A DNA stretch of 39,981 nt from Nitrospirota bacterium (GTDB lineage Bacteria; Nitrospirota; Nitrospiria; Nitrospirales; NS-4), in the NCBI GenBank assembly GCA_005877505.1, contig VBOO01000060.1, forward strand, positions 1 through 39,981, in the 5' to 3' direction. Below, piece after piece: positions 25,004 to 33,609 of this stretch. Position numbers and translations under genes: made by a program. The notes under the pieces are model-generated. The model did no database searches. It saw only the letters and a list, made by a program, of their open reading frames with translations, and had not been told where the DNA came from. Position 1 is the stretch's first letter; each line of letters begins with the position of its first letter.

Positions 25004-26493
25004 GCTCACTCGTCAAGCCGACGCTTGTCTTGATGTCAGGACGAGTCCTGGCCTTCATGGCGACGTTTTTTATCCCTGTCGTGCTGGCAAGGCTCTTCGA
25101 TCAGACCGAGTTCGGCATCTATAAACAGCTCTTTCTGATTTTTGCCACGTTCTACGTGATCGGGCAGTTTGGAATAGCGGAAAGCCTGTTTTACTTTCTC
25201 CCTCAGGCATCGCATGAGCCAGGGCGATACGTCCTCAACTCCCTCCTGGTGCTCGCGGCGGCAGGTCTCGCGTGCCTCGGACTGTTGACGCTCACCGCAT
25301 CGAAGATTGCGCAATGGATGAACACGAGCGCGCTGGCTGAATATATCCCGTGGATAGGCGTCTTTATTCTCCTGATGATCGCCTCGGCGGTCCTGGAGAT
25401 CGTCATGACCGTGCGCAAGCGATATCTCTGGGCCGCATCCACCTACGCCGTCTCCGACCTGCTGCGGGCTCTCCTGCTCGTCGTCCCAGTCCTTCTGTTC
25501 AGGCGGATGGAATGGCTCCTCCTGGGAGCCGTGGTCTTCGCGTCGGTCCGGCTCTGCGCGGCGTTGCTCTATCTCCGGTACGAGTTCGGCGGCGAACTCA
25601 GGCCGGATCCCGCGTTGCTGAACAAACAACTGGCTTATGCGTTCCCTTATCAAATGGCGGTTCTGGTTGATGTCGTGCAATCGAACTTCCATCAGTACGC
25701 CGTCTCCTATCATTTCGATGCCGCCACCTTCGCGATCTATGCCGTGGGGTGCCTGCAGATCCCGCTGGTCGATTTCCTCTTTACGCCCGCCAGTAATGTG
25801 ATGATGGTGCGGATGAGCGAGGAGATCAGGGACGGCAGAAGCAAAGCCGTGCTGGCCATCTGGCACAATACGACACGCAAGCTGGCGCTGGTCTTTTTCC
25901 CCCTGGTGGGGGTGCTGCTCGTGGCCGCGAGCGACCTGATTGTGGTTCTGTTTACCGAGAGCTATCGCGACAGCGTGCCGATATTCATGATCTGGACGAC
26001 GCTCACCCTGTTGGCAGCGCTCCAGACCGACGGCTTCCTGCGGGTGTACGCCGAAACCCGGTTTATCCTCCTGCAGAATGCGGTGCGGCTTCTGTTCATC
26101 GTGGCCTCGATCACGTGGTTCATTTCGACTTTTCAGCTCTTAGGGGCGGTGCTGGTCACGGCGATCGCTGCGGTGATCGGCAAAGGGTTGGCGTTGGCGA
26201 GGATCAAAAGCCTCTTGCAGGTCGGTCTCTCCCAGCTCCTACCTTGGCGGGGCCTTGCTGGAATTTTCATCGCGGCGGCCGCAGCAGGCCTCCCGGCTCT
26301 GATGGTTGAATCGGCGCTGGACGTTGCGAAGCTGCCCCTCCTCGTCATCACCAGCGTGGTGTACACCGCGTCCTATCTCATCCTCGTGTTTCGGGGCAAT
26401 CTGCTGACCGAGGACGAAAGACGTGCGTGCACAGCCTGGGTGCAACGGTTCACGGCGGGCGCCACAAAAGCCGGGGCGCTTCTCAGAAGTTAG
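25000..26493 (+). CDS. MOP-superfamily oligosaccharide flippase (Wzx-like)
   Basis: The ATG at 25000 overlaps the deacetylase stop (ATGA). About 12 or more hydrophobic helices. The N-terminus ..VLAFMATFFIPVVLARLFDQTEFGIYKQLFLI.. is typical of polysaccharide-biosynthesis flippases. Confidence 0.85.
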   Translation: MSSLVKPTLVLMSGRVLAFMATFFIPVVLARLFDQTEFGIYKQLFLIFATFYVIGQFGIAESLFYFLPQASHEPGRYVLNSLLVLAAAGLACLGLLTLTASKIAQWMNTSALAEYIPWIGVFILLMIASAVLEIVMTVRKRYLWAASTYAVSDLLRALLLVVPVLLFRRMEWLLLGAVVFASVRLCAALLYLRYEFGGELRPDPALLNKQLAYAFPYQMAVLVDVVQSNFHQYAVSYHFDAATFAIYAVGCLQIPLVDFLFTPASNVMMVRMSEEIRDGRSKAVLAIWHNTTRKLALVFFPLVGVLLVAASDLIVVLFTESYRDSVPIFMIWTTLTLLAALQTDGFLRVYAETRFILLQNAVRLLFIVASITWFISTFQLLGAVLVTAIAAVIGKGLALARIKSLLQVGLSQLLPWRGLAGIFIAAAAAGLPALMVESALDVAKLPLLVITSVVYTASYLILVFRGNLLTEDERRACTAWVQRFTAGATKAGALLRS

Positions 26494-26505
26494 CGGGGCA
26501 TTGCG

Positions 26506-28437
26506 ATGTGCGGCATAGCGGGAATAATGAGCTTCAATGGAAAGCCGGTCTCTTTCGAGAAGCTGCAGGGGATGTGCGCGGCGCTCGTCCATCGGGGTCC
26601 CGACGACGAGGGGTTCTACCTCGGAAGGGACAAGCGCGTGGGTCTGGGCATGCGCCGCTTGAGCATCATTGATCTCCAGACCGGACACCAGCCGGTGAGG
26701 AACGAGGACGGCACCGTCTGGGTGGTGTTCAACGGTGAAATCTATAACTTCAAGGCACTTCGGACTCACCTGCAAGGCCTGGGACATGCCTTGTACACCA
26801 CGACCGACACGGAAGTGATCGTACACCTGTATGAGGAGTATGGCCCGCGCTGTGTCGACCACCTCCGAGGGATGTTCGCCTTCGCGCTCTGGGACGAATC
26901 TCGCAGACAATTGCTCTTGGCGCGCGATCGTCTGGGCATCAAACCGCTCTATTATGCAGAAGCCGGCGGACAGCTCCTGTTCGCCTCGGAGCTGAAAGCG
27001 ATCCTGCAAGTGCCGGAGGTCGAACGCAATTTGAACTGGACGGCCGTGAGCCATCTCTTCACCGGTCTGACCACTTCTCCCACGGAGAGCATCATCGAGG
27101 GCGTCCTCAAGCTGGAGCCCGGACACCTCCTCATCGCCTCACCCGGCAAGAAGCCACAGATCGAACGCTACTGGGAGGTTCGATTTGAGCCCGACTACAG
27201 CCGGTCCGAAGAGGAGTATGCCGAGGAGTTACGCGAACGGCTCGAAGAGTCAGTCGCCCTGCACCTGGTGAGCGATGTTCCCCTGGGTGCCTTCCTGAGC
27301 GGGGGAATCGACTCCAGCACGGTCGTCGCCACGATGTCACGATTGGCCCCCGGTCCGGTCAAAACGTTTTCGATCGGCTTCTCCGACCAGGACTTCAACG
27401 AGCTCGACCATGCCCGCCTGGTGGCGAAACGATTCGGCACCGACCACCATGAGCTGATCCTCGAACCTGATGTGGTGGACATCCTGGAAGACCTGGCCTG
27501 GTACCTCGATGAGCCCTTCGGCGACCCCTCGGCCATCCCGACCTTTATGGTATCGAAGTTGGCGGCCGATCATGTGACCGTCGTGCTGTCGGGCGACGGC
27601 GGTGACGAACTCTTTGCCGGATACGACAGATACGTGGTCGAAGGACGGGAGCGGCGTTTCAGGTTTGTCCCGGCTCGCCTCAGACGCCTGCTCGGCCTGC
27701 TCAGCCGGCTGATGCCCGAAGGCATGAGAGGCCGAAACTTCCTCCGGCATCTCTCGCTGCCGGAGCTGGAACGATACCTGGACGCCTTAACGTTGTTCAG
27801 AAGCGAGGACAAACAACAGTTGTTCAGGAAAGAGGCCTTTGAGCGACTCCCGCTTTACGAGCCCTTCCGTCTTGAAGCTGAAAAGCGCACGCACGGAGAC
27901 GGCCACTGGCTCACCAGGCTCCAGTCCCTGGATCTCAAGGGCTACCTCCCGCTCGACATCCTGACCAAAGTGGACCGGATGAGCATGGCGCATTCCATCG
28001 AGGCTCGCGTCCCGCTGCTCGATCACAAACTGGTCGAGTTTGCCGCCACGATTCCCCCGGAGCTCAGGCTGCGCAACGGGACGACAAAGTACATCTTCAA
28101 GCGCGCCATGCGGGGGATCCTGCCGGACGAGATCATTGACCGGCCCAAGCATGGTTTTGGGATCCCGCTCGGGCGCTGGTTCAGAGGACAGCTTGGCAAC
28201 TTTGTCCGGGAGCTGTTGCTGTCGGAGACGAGCCGACGACGCGGGATCTTCAACGCCGCGTATATCGAGCAGTTGGTGCTTGGGCACGAACACGGACGGG
28301 AGCTCGACTTCCGTCTCTGGACTTTGATCTCCTTTGAGCTCTGGTGCCGGACTTTCCTGGATCGCCGGGCGCAGCCCTCGCTTCGAAGCGCTGCCAGGAG
28401 CCGCGTTCCACTTGTCAAAGAAGGCTCGTCGTTGTGA
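26506..28437 (+). CDS. asparagine synthase (glutamine-hydrolysing) family amidotransferase, paralogue 1
   Basis: MCGIAG.. (Cys2 nucleophile), ..RRLSIIDL..GHQP.., ..TDTEVIVHLYEE.., and the PP-loop ..AFLSGGIDSSTVV... Confidence 0.92.
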   Translation: MCGIAGIMSFNGKPVSFEKLQGMCAALVHRGPDDEGFYLGRDKRVGLGMRRLSIIDLQTGHQPVRNEDGTVWVVFNGEIYNFKALRTHLQGLGHALYTTTDTEVIVHLYEEYGPRCVDHLRGMFAFALWDESRRQLLLARDRLGIKPLYYAEAGGQLLFASELKAILQVPEVERNLNWTAVSHLFTGLTTSPTESIIEGVLKLEPGHLLIASPGKKPQIERYWEVRFEPDYSRSEEEYAEELRERLEESVALHLVSDVPLGAFLSGGIDSSTVVATMSRLAPGPVKTFSIGFSDQDFNELDHARLVAKRFGTDHHELILEPDVVDILEDLAWYLDEPFGDPSAIPTFMVSKLAADHVTVVLSGDGGDELFAGYDRYVVEGRERRFRFVPARLRRLLGLLSRLMPEGMRGRNFLRHLSLPELERYLDALTLFRSEDKQQLFRKEAFERLPLYEPFRLEAEKRTHGDGHWLTRLQSLDLKGYLPLDILTKVDRMSMAHSIEARVPLLDHKLVEFAATIPPELRLRNGTTKYIFKRAMRGILPDEIIDRPKHGFGIPLGRWFRGQLGNFVRELLLSETSRRRGIFNAAYIEQLVLGHEHGRELDFRLWTLISFELWCRTFLDRRAQPSLRSAARSRVPLVKEGSSL

Positions 28438-28447
28438 GCCGGATCAA

Positions 28448-29689
28448 ATGAGAGTCCCAAGGAAGATCCACGTCGATCCCCGTGTGCTACTGCTGATCTT
28501 CGCCACGTGCCTGTCCCTGGCCCTCGTGGAAGTGTCCTTGCGTCTCCTAGGGATCACCTTCGATGCCTCCCTGTACGGTTACGATGACGTGACCGGTTGG
28601 CGCTTGCGACCGGGCGCCCATGGGTGGTGGGTGAGTGAGGGGCATGCCTATGTGCGGATCAACCGCGACGGCATGAACGACCGGGACTATGCCCTCCTCA
28701 AGCCCAGAAACGGTCTGCGCATCGCCGTGCTAGGCGACTCGATGACGTCAGCCGTGCAGGTCGATGTCGAGCGCAACTTCCTGCGAGTGCTCGAGCGAAA
28801 TCTGTCCACCTGCCACGCCTTGACTGGGCGCCCCATCGAAGTCATGAACTTCGGGGTGCCCGGCTTCGGCACTGCCCAGGAGTTACTCACCTTTCAGCAC
28901 AAGGTCGTCCAGTACAGCCCGGACATCGTGCTGCTGGCGTTCTTCACGTACAACGACGTGCAGAACAACCATCGCGCGCTGAACCCGGTGAACAGCGCCG
29001 AAGCTCCCTACTTCGTCCTCGAGGGCAATCGCCTCGTCTTGGACGATTCGTTCCGGCAACAGCGCTCATGGAAGCTCTACGGAGTACTGCGCGACGCATT
29101 CGGCGACTTGGCTAATCGCTCGCGAATCATCCAAGCCGCGGCCGAGGTCATCCTGCGTCGGGGTTTGTTCGCACGGGCGCGGCAGGCCGAGGCTGGCGCC
29201 ATCGCTCAGCGGTTCGGTAAGCATGCCGACGCCCTGATCTACGGGCCGCCGACGTGGAAGGAAATGGCGGAAGCCTGGCAGGTGACCGAGGCGCTCCTGC
29301 TCCGCCTAGCCCAGGAGGCCGAGGCGCGCGATATCGGCTTCTGGCTCGTGACGCTCTCGCAAAGCCCCCAAGTCCTGGCCGATCCGGTCCAGCGGGCAGC
29401 CATAGTCCAGACGTACGGCATCCAGGACCTGTTCTATCCAGACCGGCGTCTGGAGAGATTTGCGCGACGTCACGGGATTCCGGCCATCGTGCTGGCGCCC
29501 GAACTCGCCCGCTACGCTGAGGTGCACCAGGCGCAGCTCACGCTTTTCCCGGATGGGTCTGGCCACTATAACGAGCTCGGGCACCGGATCATCGGCACTA
29601 TGATCGGCGAGCGTCTCTGCCAGGCCGCACAGGCTACGAGCGGCCACATGCAAGGGGGCAAGGCGTTGCGACTCGACAACGCGAGATGA
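28448..29689 (+). CDS. membrane-anchored SGNH/GDSL-fold protein (esterase or O-acyltransferase)
   Basis: The likely start is 28448 (MRVPRKIHVDPRVLLLIFATCLSLALVEVSL.., an N-terminal TM anchor). Block I ..IAVLGDSMTSA.., ..FGVPGFGTAQE.., and a block-V-like ..DGSGHYNELGH... Confidence 0.7.
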   Translation: MRVPRKIHVDPRVLLLIFATCLSLALVEVSLRLLGITFDASLYGYDDVTGWRLRPGAHGWWVSEGHAYVRINRDGMNDRDYALLKPRNGLRIAVLGDSMTSAVQVDVERNFLRVLERNLSTCHALTGRPIEVMNFGVPGFGTAQELLTFQHKVVQYSPDIVLLAFFTYNDVQNNHRALNPVNSAEAPYFVLEGNRLVLDDSFRQQRSWKLYGVLRDAFGDLANRSRIIQAAAEVILRRGLFARARQAEAGAIAQRFGKHADALIYGPPTWKEMAEAWQVTEALLLRLAQEAEARDIGFWLVTLSQSPQVLADPVQRAAIVQTYGIQDLFYPDRRLERFARRHGIPAIVLAPELARYAEVHQAQLTLFPDGSGHYNELGHRIIGTMIGERLCQAAQATSGHMQGGKALRLDNAR

Positions 29690-29770
29690 CCAAGCGCCGT
29701 CGCGCCCACAGACGCGCGGCTCCAGGTCCTTTCGTTCAGCCCCACGATGCACCCCATGTTGATTGACCAC

Positions 29771-29871
29771 ATAAAGGTCGGCCTGTAGCTAGGAGAGGCT
29801 GTCCATGTATCTGATCACAGGCGGGGCGGGCTTTATCGGCTCCAAGCTCGTCATGCACTGGTGGCTCGCGG
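29771..29871 (+). repeat. direct repeat copy 1: RBS + first ~22 codons of the epimerase gene
   Basis: Aligns with 30720-30821 at roughly 90% identity by eye with one 1-nt indel (gtc-atgcac vs gtccatgcac). It includes the aggag RBS and ATGTATCTGATCAC.GGCGGGGCGGG.TTTATCGGCTCCAA. Confidence 0.9.
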
Positions 29872-30605
29872 CGCTGGAGGTCGTTGGGATGATGAAGGAG
29901 GTGGCATCCCTCATGTGGCGCAGCGGGACTGAGGCCATCGAGAGGATCGAAAGAGGCCTGCGCCGACACGGACTCTGCGGCAGCGTTCGCCTTGTGGCGT
30001 CGCTCGCAGGAAAATTAGCGGGCAGGTTGCTCTATCTCCATCAGCGGCATATCTGGTACGAACTCGACCTTGACCGCGAACGACCTCTGATCGCCCTTCC
30101 ACCGGAACTCGAACTCGTTCGGGGCAGCATGGATGACCTACCGCTTCTGGAACAGCTCCCGACAATCAGCCTCATCGAAGCCCGCCGACGACTTGCTTCC
30201 GGGGCCGAGCCCTGGATCGTCCGAAAAGGCCAGCAGGCGGTCTTCTCCTGTTGGATCTTCCATGATGGCATGCCCGTCTTTGCCGCGCGCCGTGGCTGGA
30301 TCGACCTGCCGCGGGGCGTCGTTGGCCTGGAAGACGTGGTCACGTCACCGGCCTACCGGGGACAGGCCATCGCGTCCGGGGCCTTGTCCACGATCGCCGG
30401 TGCCCTCAGGCGCGAGGGGATGACCGCGATCCTGACGAAGACCGAGGAATCGAACGGCCCGTGCCGGGGCGCGCTCGAGAAGGTCGGGTTCCAGGCGGCG
30501 GCCTATATGAGCCTGGTGCGCGTCGCGACGAGGCCGCGCGTTGAGATACAGCCTGTTTTCGCGCGCGATGTCTTCGAATTCCTGGTCGCGCAGCTCTCCC
30601 GCTAG
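29805..30605 (+). CDS. GNAT N-acetyltransferase with a chimeric 5' end (epimerase Rossmann stub fused in frame)
   Basis: The ORF begins MYLITGGAGFIGSKLV (identical for 13 aa to the epimerase at 30754), then shifts frame relative to the epimerase. GNAT core ..VVTSPAYRGQAIASGALSTIAGALRREGMTAILTKTEESNGPCRGALEKVGFQ... A native-looking start exists at 29889 (ATGATG) with GGAGG at 29876-29880. Confidence 0.75.
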   Translation: MYLITGGAGFIGSKLVMHWWLAALEVVGMMKEVASLMWRSGTEAIERIERGLRRHGLCGSVRLVASLAGKLAGRLLYLHQRHIWYELDLDRERPLIALPPELELVRGSMDDLPLLEQLPTISLIEARRRLASGAEPWIVRKGQQAVFSCWIFHDGMPVFAARRGWIDLPRGVVGLEDVVTSPAYRGQAIASGALSTIAGALRREGMTAILTKTEESNGPCRGALEKVGFQAAAYMSLVRVATRPRVEIQPVFARDVFEFLVAQLSR

Positions 30606-30709
30606 CCGTGGTGGCCATCATCGAGCACCCGAAATGTGCCCAGCTCATGGCACGCCGGGCGCGGGAGCAGGTGACAATGGACACCTGGTCGGCGGTGAGC
30701 GAGGCATGA
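30569..30709 (+). pseudogene. 3' relic of a GT4 glycosyltransferase gene
   Basis: The frame reads CLRIPGRAALPLAVVAIIEHPKCAQLMARRAREQVTMDTWSAVSEA* (stop 30707-30709). It aligns by eye with the C-terminus of the intact GT4 at 33606-34718 (..GLIVPPRDPAAMARAVTSLLENQDRALRMARRARQEVEQHYTWPRVRE..), including an exact MARRAR. It overlaps the last ~12 codons of the GNAT ORF in another frame. Confidence 0.6.
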
Positions 30710-30719
30710 ATGACGCGGT

Positions 30720-30821
30720 ATGAAGGTCGGCGAGTAACGAGGAGCGGCTGTCCATGTATCTGATCACGGGCGGGGCGGGTTTTATCGGCTCCAATCTCGT
30801 CCATGCACTGGTGGCTCGCGG
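30720..30821 (+). repeat. direct repeat copy 2 (functional epimerase RBS and 5' end)
   Basis: See copy 1 (29771-29871). Confidence 0.9.
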
Positions 30822-31695
30822 ACAGCGGGTCCGCGTGCTGGACAATCTGGCGACAGGCCGCCTCGACAATCTCGAGCCAGTCAGAGGGACGATCGAGTTC
30901 GTGCAGGGGGACATCCGGTCCCTGGAGACCTGCCAGAAGGCCATGCAAGACGTCCGATTCGTGCTGCACCAGGCCGCGCTCCCCTCGGTCCCGCGCTCGT
31001 TCGAAGATCCGATCAGCTCAACCGCGGTCAACATTCACGGGACGCTGAATCTGCTGCTCGCGGCGCGGGACCGGCGGATCGAGCGCTTCGTATTTGCCTC
31101 GTCCTCCTCAGTCTACGGCGACACGCCCACGCTGCCGAAGGTGGAGACGATGCCCACCGATCCCCGCTCGCCCTATGCGGTGACCAAACTGACCGGCGAG
31201 CATCTCTGCCGGGTCTTCGCGCGCGCCTACGGGCTGCCGACCGTCTGTTTGCGCTACTTCAACGTGTATGGCCCCAGACAGGACCCCGCATCCACCTATG
31301 CGGCGGTGATCCCGCGCTTCATCACGCACTGCCTCCGGGGAACCGCGGCCACCATCTTCGGAGATGGCACGCAATCTCGCGATTTTACCTTCGTGGAGGA
31401 CTGCGTGGCCGCCAACCTCATGGCGTGCGAGGCGCCGATAGCCGGCTGTGAGGTGTGCAACATCGGGTCGGGTTCTCGCATCTCCATTGCCGAACTCCAC
31501 GCCATAATCAGGCGGATCACCCGGAGCGCCGCGTCGCCTCAGTTCGAGTCCCCGCGACCGGGGGACGTCAAGCATTCACTGGCCGATATCACGAGGGCCA
31601 AGGCCCTGCTTGGGTACACCCCTCGCTACGGCCTGGAATCCGGCCTCGCCCCGACCGTGGAATGGTTCAGGAGTCGAGAGGCAACAAGCCCATGA
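30754..31695 (+). CDS. extended-SDR NAD-dependent sugar epimerase (TviC/WbpP/GalE-like)
   Basis: MYLITGGAGFIGSNLV.. (Rossmann), ..FASSSSVYG.., the catalytic ..YAVTK.. (YxxxK), and ..LRYFNVYGPRQDP... Confidence 0.9.
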   Translation: MYLITGGAGFIGSNLVHALVARGQRVRVLDNLATGRLDNLEPVRGTIEFVQGDIRSLETCQKAMQDVRFVLHQAALPSVPRSFEDPISSTAVNIHGTLNLLLAARDRRIERFVFASSSSVYGDTPTLPKVETMPTDPRSPYAVTKLTGEHLCRVFARAYGLPTVCLRYFNVYGPRQDPASTYAAVIPRFITHCLRGTAATIFGDGTQSRDFTFVEDCVAANLMACEAPIAGCEVCNIGSGSRISIAELHAIIRRITRSAASPQFESPRPGDVKHSLADITRAKALLGYTPRYGLESGLAPTVEWFRSREATSP

Positions 31696-31731
31696 GCTCG
31701 CAGGTTCAGACACTCTAGGAGCGCGGAGACC

Positions 31732-33609
31732 ATGTGCGGTATTGCGGGCAAATTCAATCTTGACAGGCGGCCGATGGATGCGGGTCTCCTCGCGCGGATG
31801 GCCGGCCTCCTGACACACCGGGGTCCAGATGAGGAGGGGCTTTACGTGTCGGGGCCAATCGGCCTCGCCAGTCGGCGTCTGTCCATCATCGATCTGGATA
31901 CGGGCAAGCAACCTATCTCCAATGAGGATGGGACGGTGTGGGTGGTCCTCAACGGCGAGATTTATAACTTTGTCGAGCTGCGATCCATGCTCGAGGGGCG
32001 AGGGCATCGCTTCAGAACGCGGACCGACACGGAGGTCATCGTCCATCTCTATGAGGAGCACGGCGTCGCGCTGCTTGAACATCTCCGAGGGATGTTTGCC
32101 TTTGCGCTCTGGGATCAGACACGGCGCCAACTCCTGCTCGCCAGAGACCGGCTGGGCGAAAAGCCTCTCTTCTACTCCTACGTGCCCGGGAAATTTCTGC
32201 TCTTCGCCTCCGAGCTGAAATCCTTGCTTGTGGATGACGAGCTTCGCGGCAGCTTGAACCGGGCGGCCGTGGACCAATACTTCAGTCTCCTCTACATTCC
32301 GGCGCCCGCCACCATCTTCAATGAGGTGCAGAAACTCCCCGCCGCCCATTACCTGCTCTGCGCCGAACAGGGCATCACAGTCCAGGAATACTGGGACGTC
32401 CCACTCCCGCCCGAAGGAGAGGAAGATCGGCTCGACGAAACAGTCCTGCGCGATCACCTGCGCGAAGCGGTTCGCATCCAGCTTCGAAGCGACGTACCAG
32501 TCGGCGCGTTCCTGAGCGGGGGGATCGACTCGACGACGATCGTGGGCACCATGGCCGAATATGTCGGGCCTCGCATCGTCACCTGCTCGGTCGGCTTTGC
32601 CGAGCAGGATCACAACGAACTGTCCCACGCGCGCATCGTCGCCGAGCAATTGGGCACGCTGCATCGGGAGTGCCTGGTTCCTCCTGCCACGCCCGACCTG
32701 ATCGAGCAGTTGTGCTGGCACTTCGACGAGCCGTTCGCCGATTCGTCCGCCGTGCCCACCTGGGCGGTCTCACGTTTAGCGAGGCAACGGGTGAAAGTGG
32801 CGCTCTCGGGCGACGGAGGGGATGAATTATTCGGCGGCTACTCCCGCCATGCGCTGGAGTTGTGGGAGCATCTCCTCCGGCGCGGCGGGCGGGTTGCCTC
32901 CTGGTCGCTGGGGCAACTCGCCAGCGCGCTCCCGGCCGGCTTCAGGGGCCGGAATACCCTCGCGCGGCTGCGCGCTGAACCCGACGAGGCCTGCGCCATC
33001 AAGTTCCAGTTCGCCAGCCGAGCGGATCGGTTCAAGGCACAGATCTACAGCCCCGACTTCCGCCACGAGATGGGCGCCCGTGATGCGCTGGAGCCATTCA
33101 GACAGGCGTACCTCCGCGCCCAGAAGGCCAGCCCTGTCAACCGCATTCTGTACGTGGACCTCAAGACCTCCTTGCCCGACGACATGCTGGTGAAGGTGGA
33201 TCGCATGAGCATGGCCCACGGGCTGGAGGTGCGGGCCCCCTTCCTGGATCACCACTTGGTGGAACTGATCGCACGCCTGCCAGGCCGAGTGAAGGTCCCG
33301 GGACCGGCCACGAAGCCGCTGCTGCGCTCGATCCTCAACGGCCGGATTTCGCGCGTCGCTTGGGACCGGCCCAAGCACGGGTTCACGGCGCCGATCGGAC
33401 GGTGGCTACGCGCTGAGCTACGGGCGTACGCCGAAGACCTGGTGTTCTCGCCATCAAGCGTCAGCCGTGAACTGTTTGACCGGAAAGGACTGCGCCGGCT
33501 TTGGCAGGATCATCTCGCTGAACGGGAGAACCATGAGCACGAACTCTGGATGCTGCTGATGCTGGAGGTGTGGAATCGGATGCATACGCGTGCGGGGGTG
33601 GCAGCATGA
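31732..33609 (+). CDS. asparagine synthase family amidotransferase, paralogue 2
   Basis: MCGIAG.., ..RRLSIIDL..GKQP.., ..TDTEVIVHLYEEHG.., and the PP-loop ..AFLSGGIDSTTIV... Clearly paralogous to 26506-28437. Confidence 0.92.
   Translation: MCGIAGKFNLDRRPMDAGLLARMAGLLTHRGPDEEGLYVSGPIGLASRRLSIIDLDTGKQPISNEDGTVWVVLNGEIYNFVELRSMLEGRGHRFRTRTDTEVIVHLYEEHGVALLEHLRGMFAFALWDQTRRQLLLARDRLGEKPLFYSYVPGKFLLFASELKSLLVDDELRGSLNRAAVDQYFSLLYIPAPATIFNEVQKLPAAHYLLCAEQGITVQEYWDVPLPPEGEEDRLDETVLRDHLREAVRIQLRSDVPVGAFLSGGIDSTTIVGTMAEYVGPRIVTCSVGFAEQDHNELSHARIVAEQLGTLHRECLVPPATPDLIEQLCWHFDEPFADSSAVPTWAVSRLARQRVKVALSGDGGDELFGGYSRHALELWEHLLRRGGRVASWSLGQLASALPAGFRGRNTLARLRAEPDEACAIKFQFASRADRFKAQIYSPDFRHEMGARDALEPFRQAYLRAQKASPVNRILYVDLKTSLPDDMLVKVDRMSMAHGLEVRAPFLDHHLVELIARLPGRVKVPGPATKPLLRSILNGRISRVAWDRPKHGFTAPIGRWLRAELRAYAEDLVFSPSSVSRELFDRKGLRRLWQDHLAERENHEHELWMLLMLEVWNRMHTRAGVAA

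Noticed and set aside
3051-32721. Long antisense ORFs in the supplied track (for example 3051-3815, 3831-4583, 9063-9995, 14193-15101, 25036-25866, 26239-27126, 31576-32721, all on the - strand)
   Set aside because: Each lies entirely inside a + strand gene with clear family motifs. Their products are Arg/Pro/Gly-rich with no recognisable motifs. Such shadow ORFs are expected in GC-rich coding DNA.
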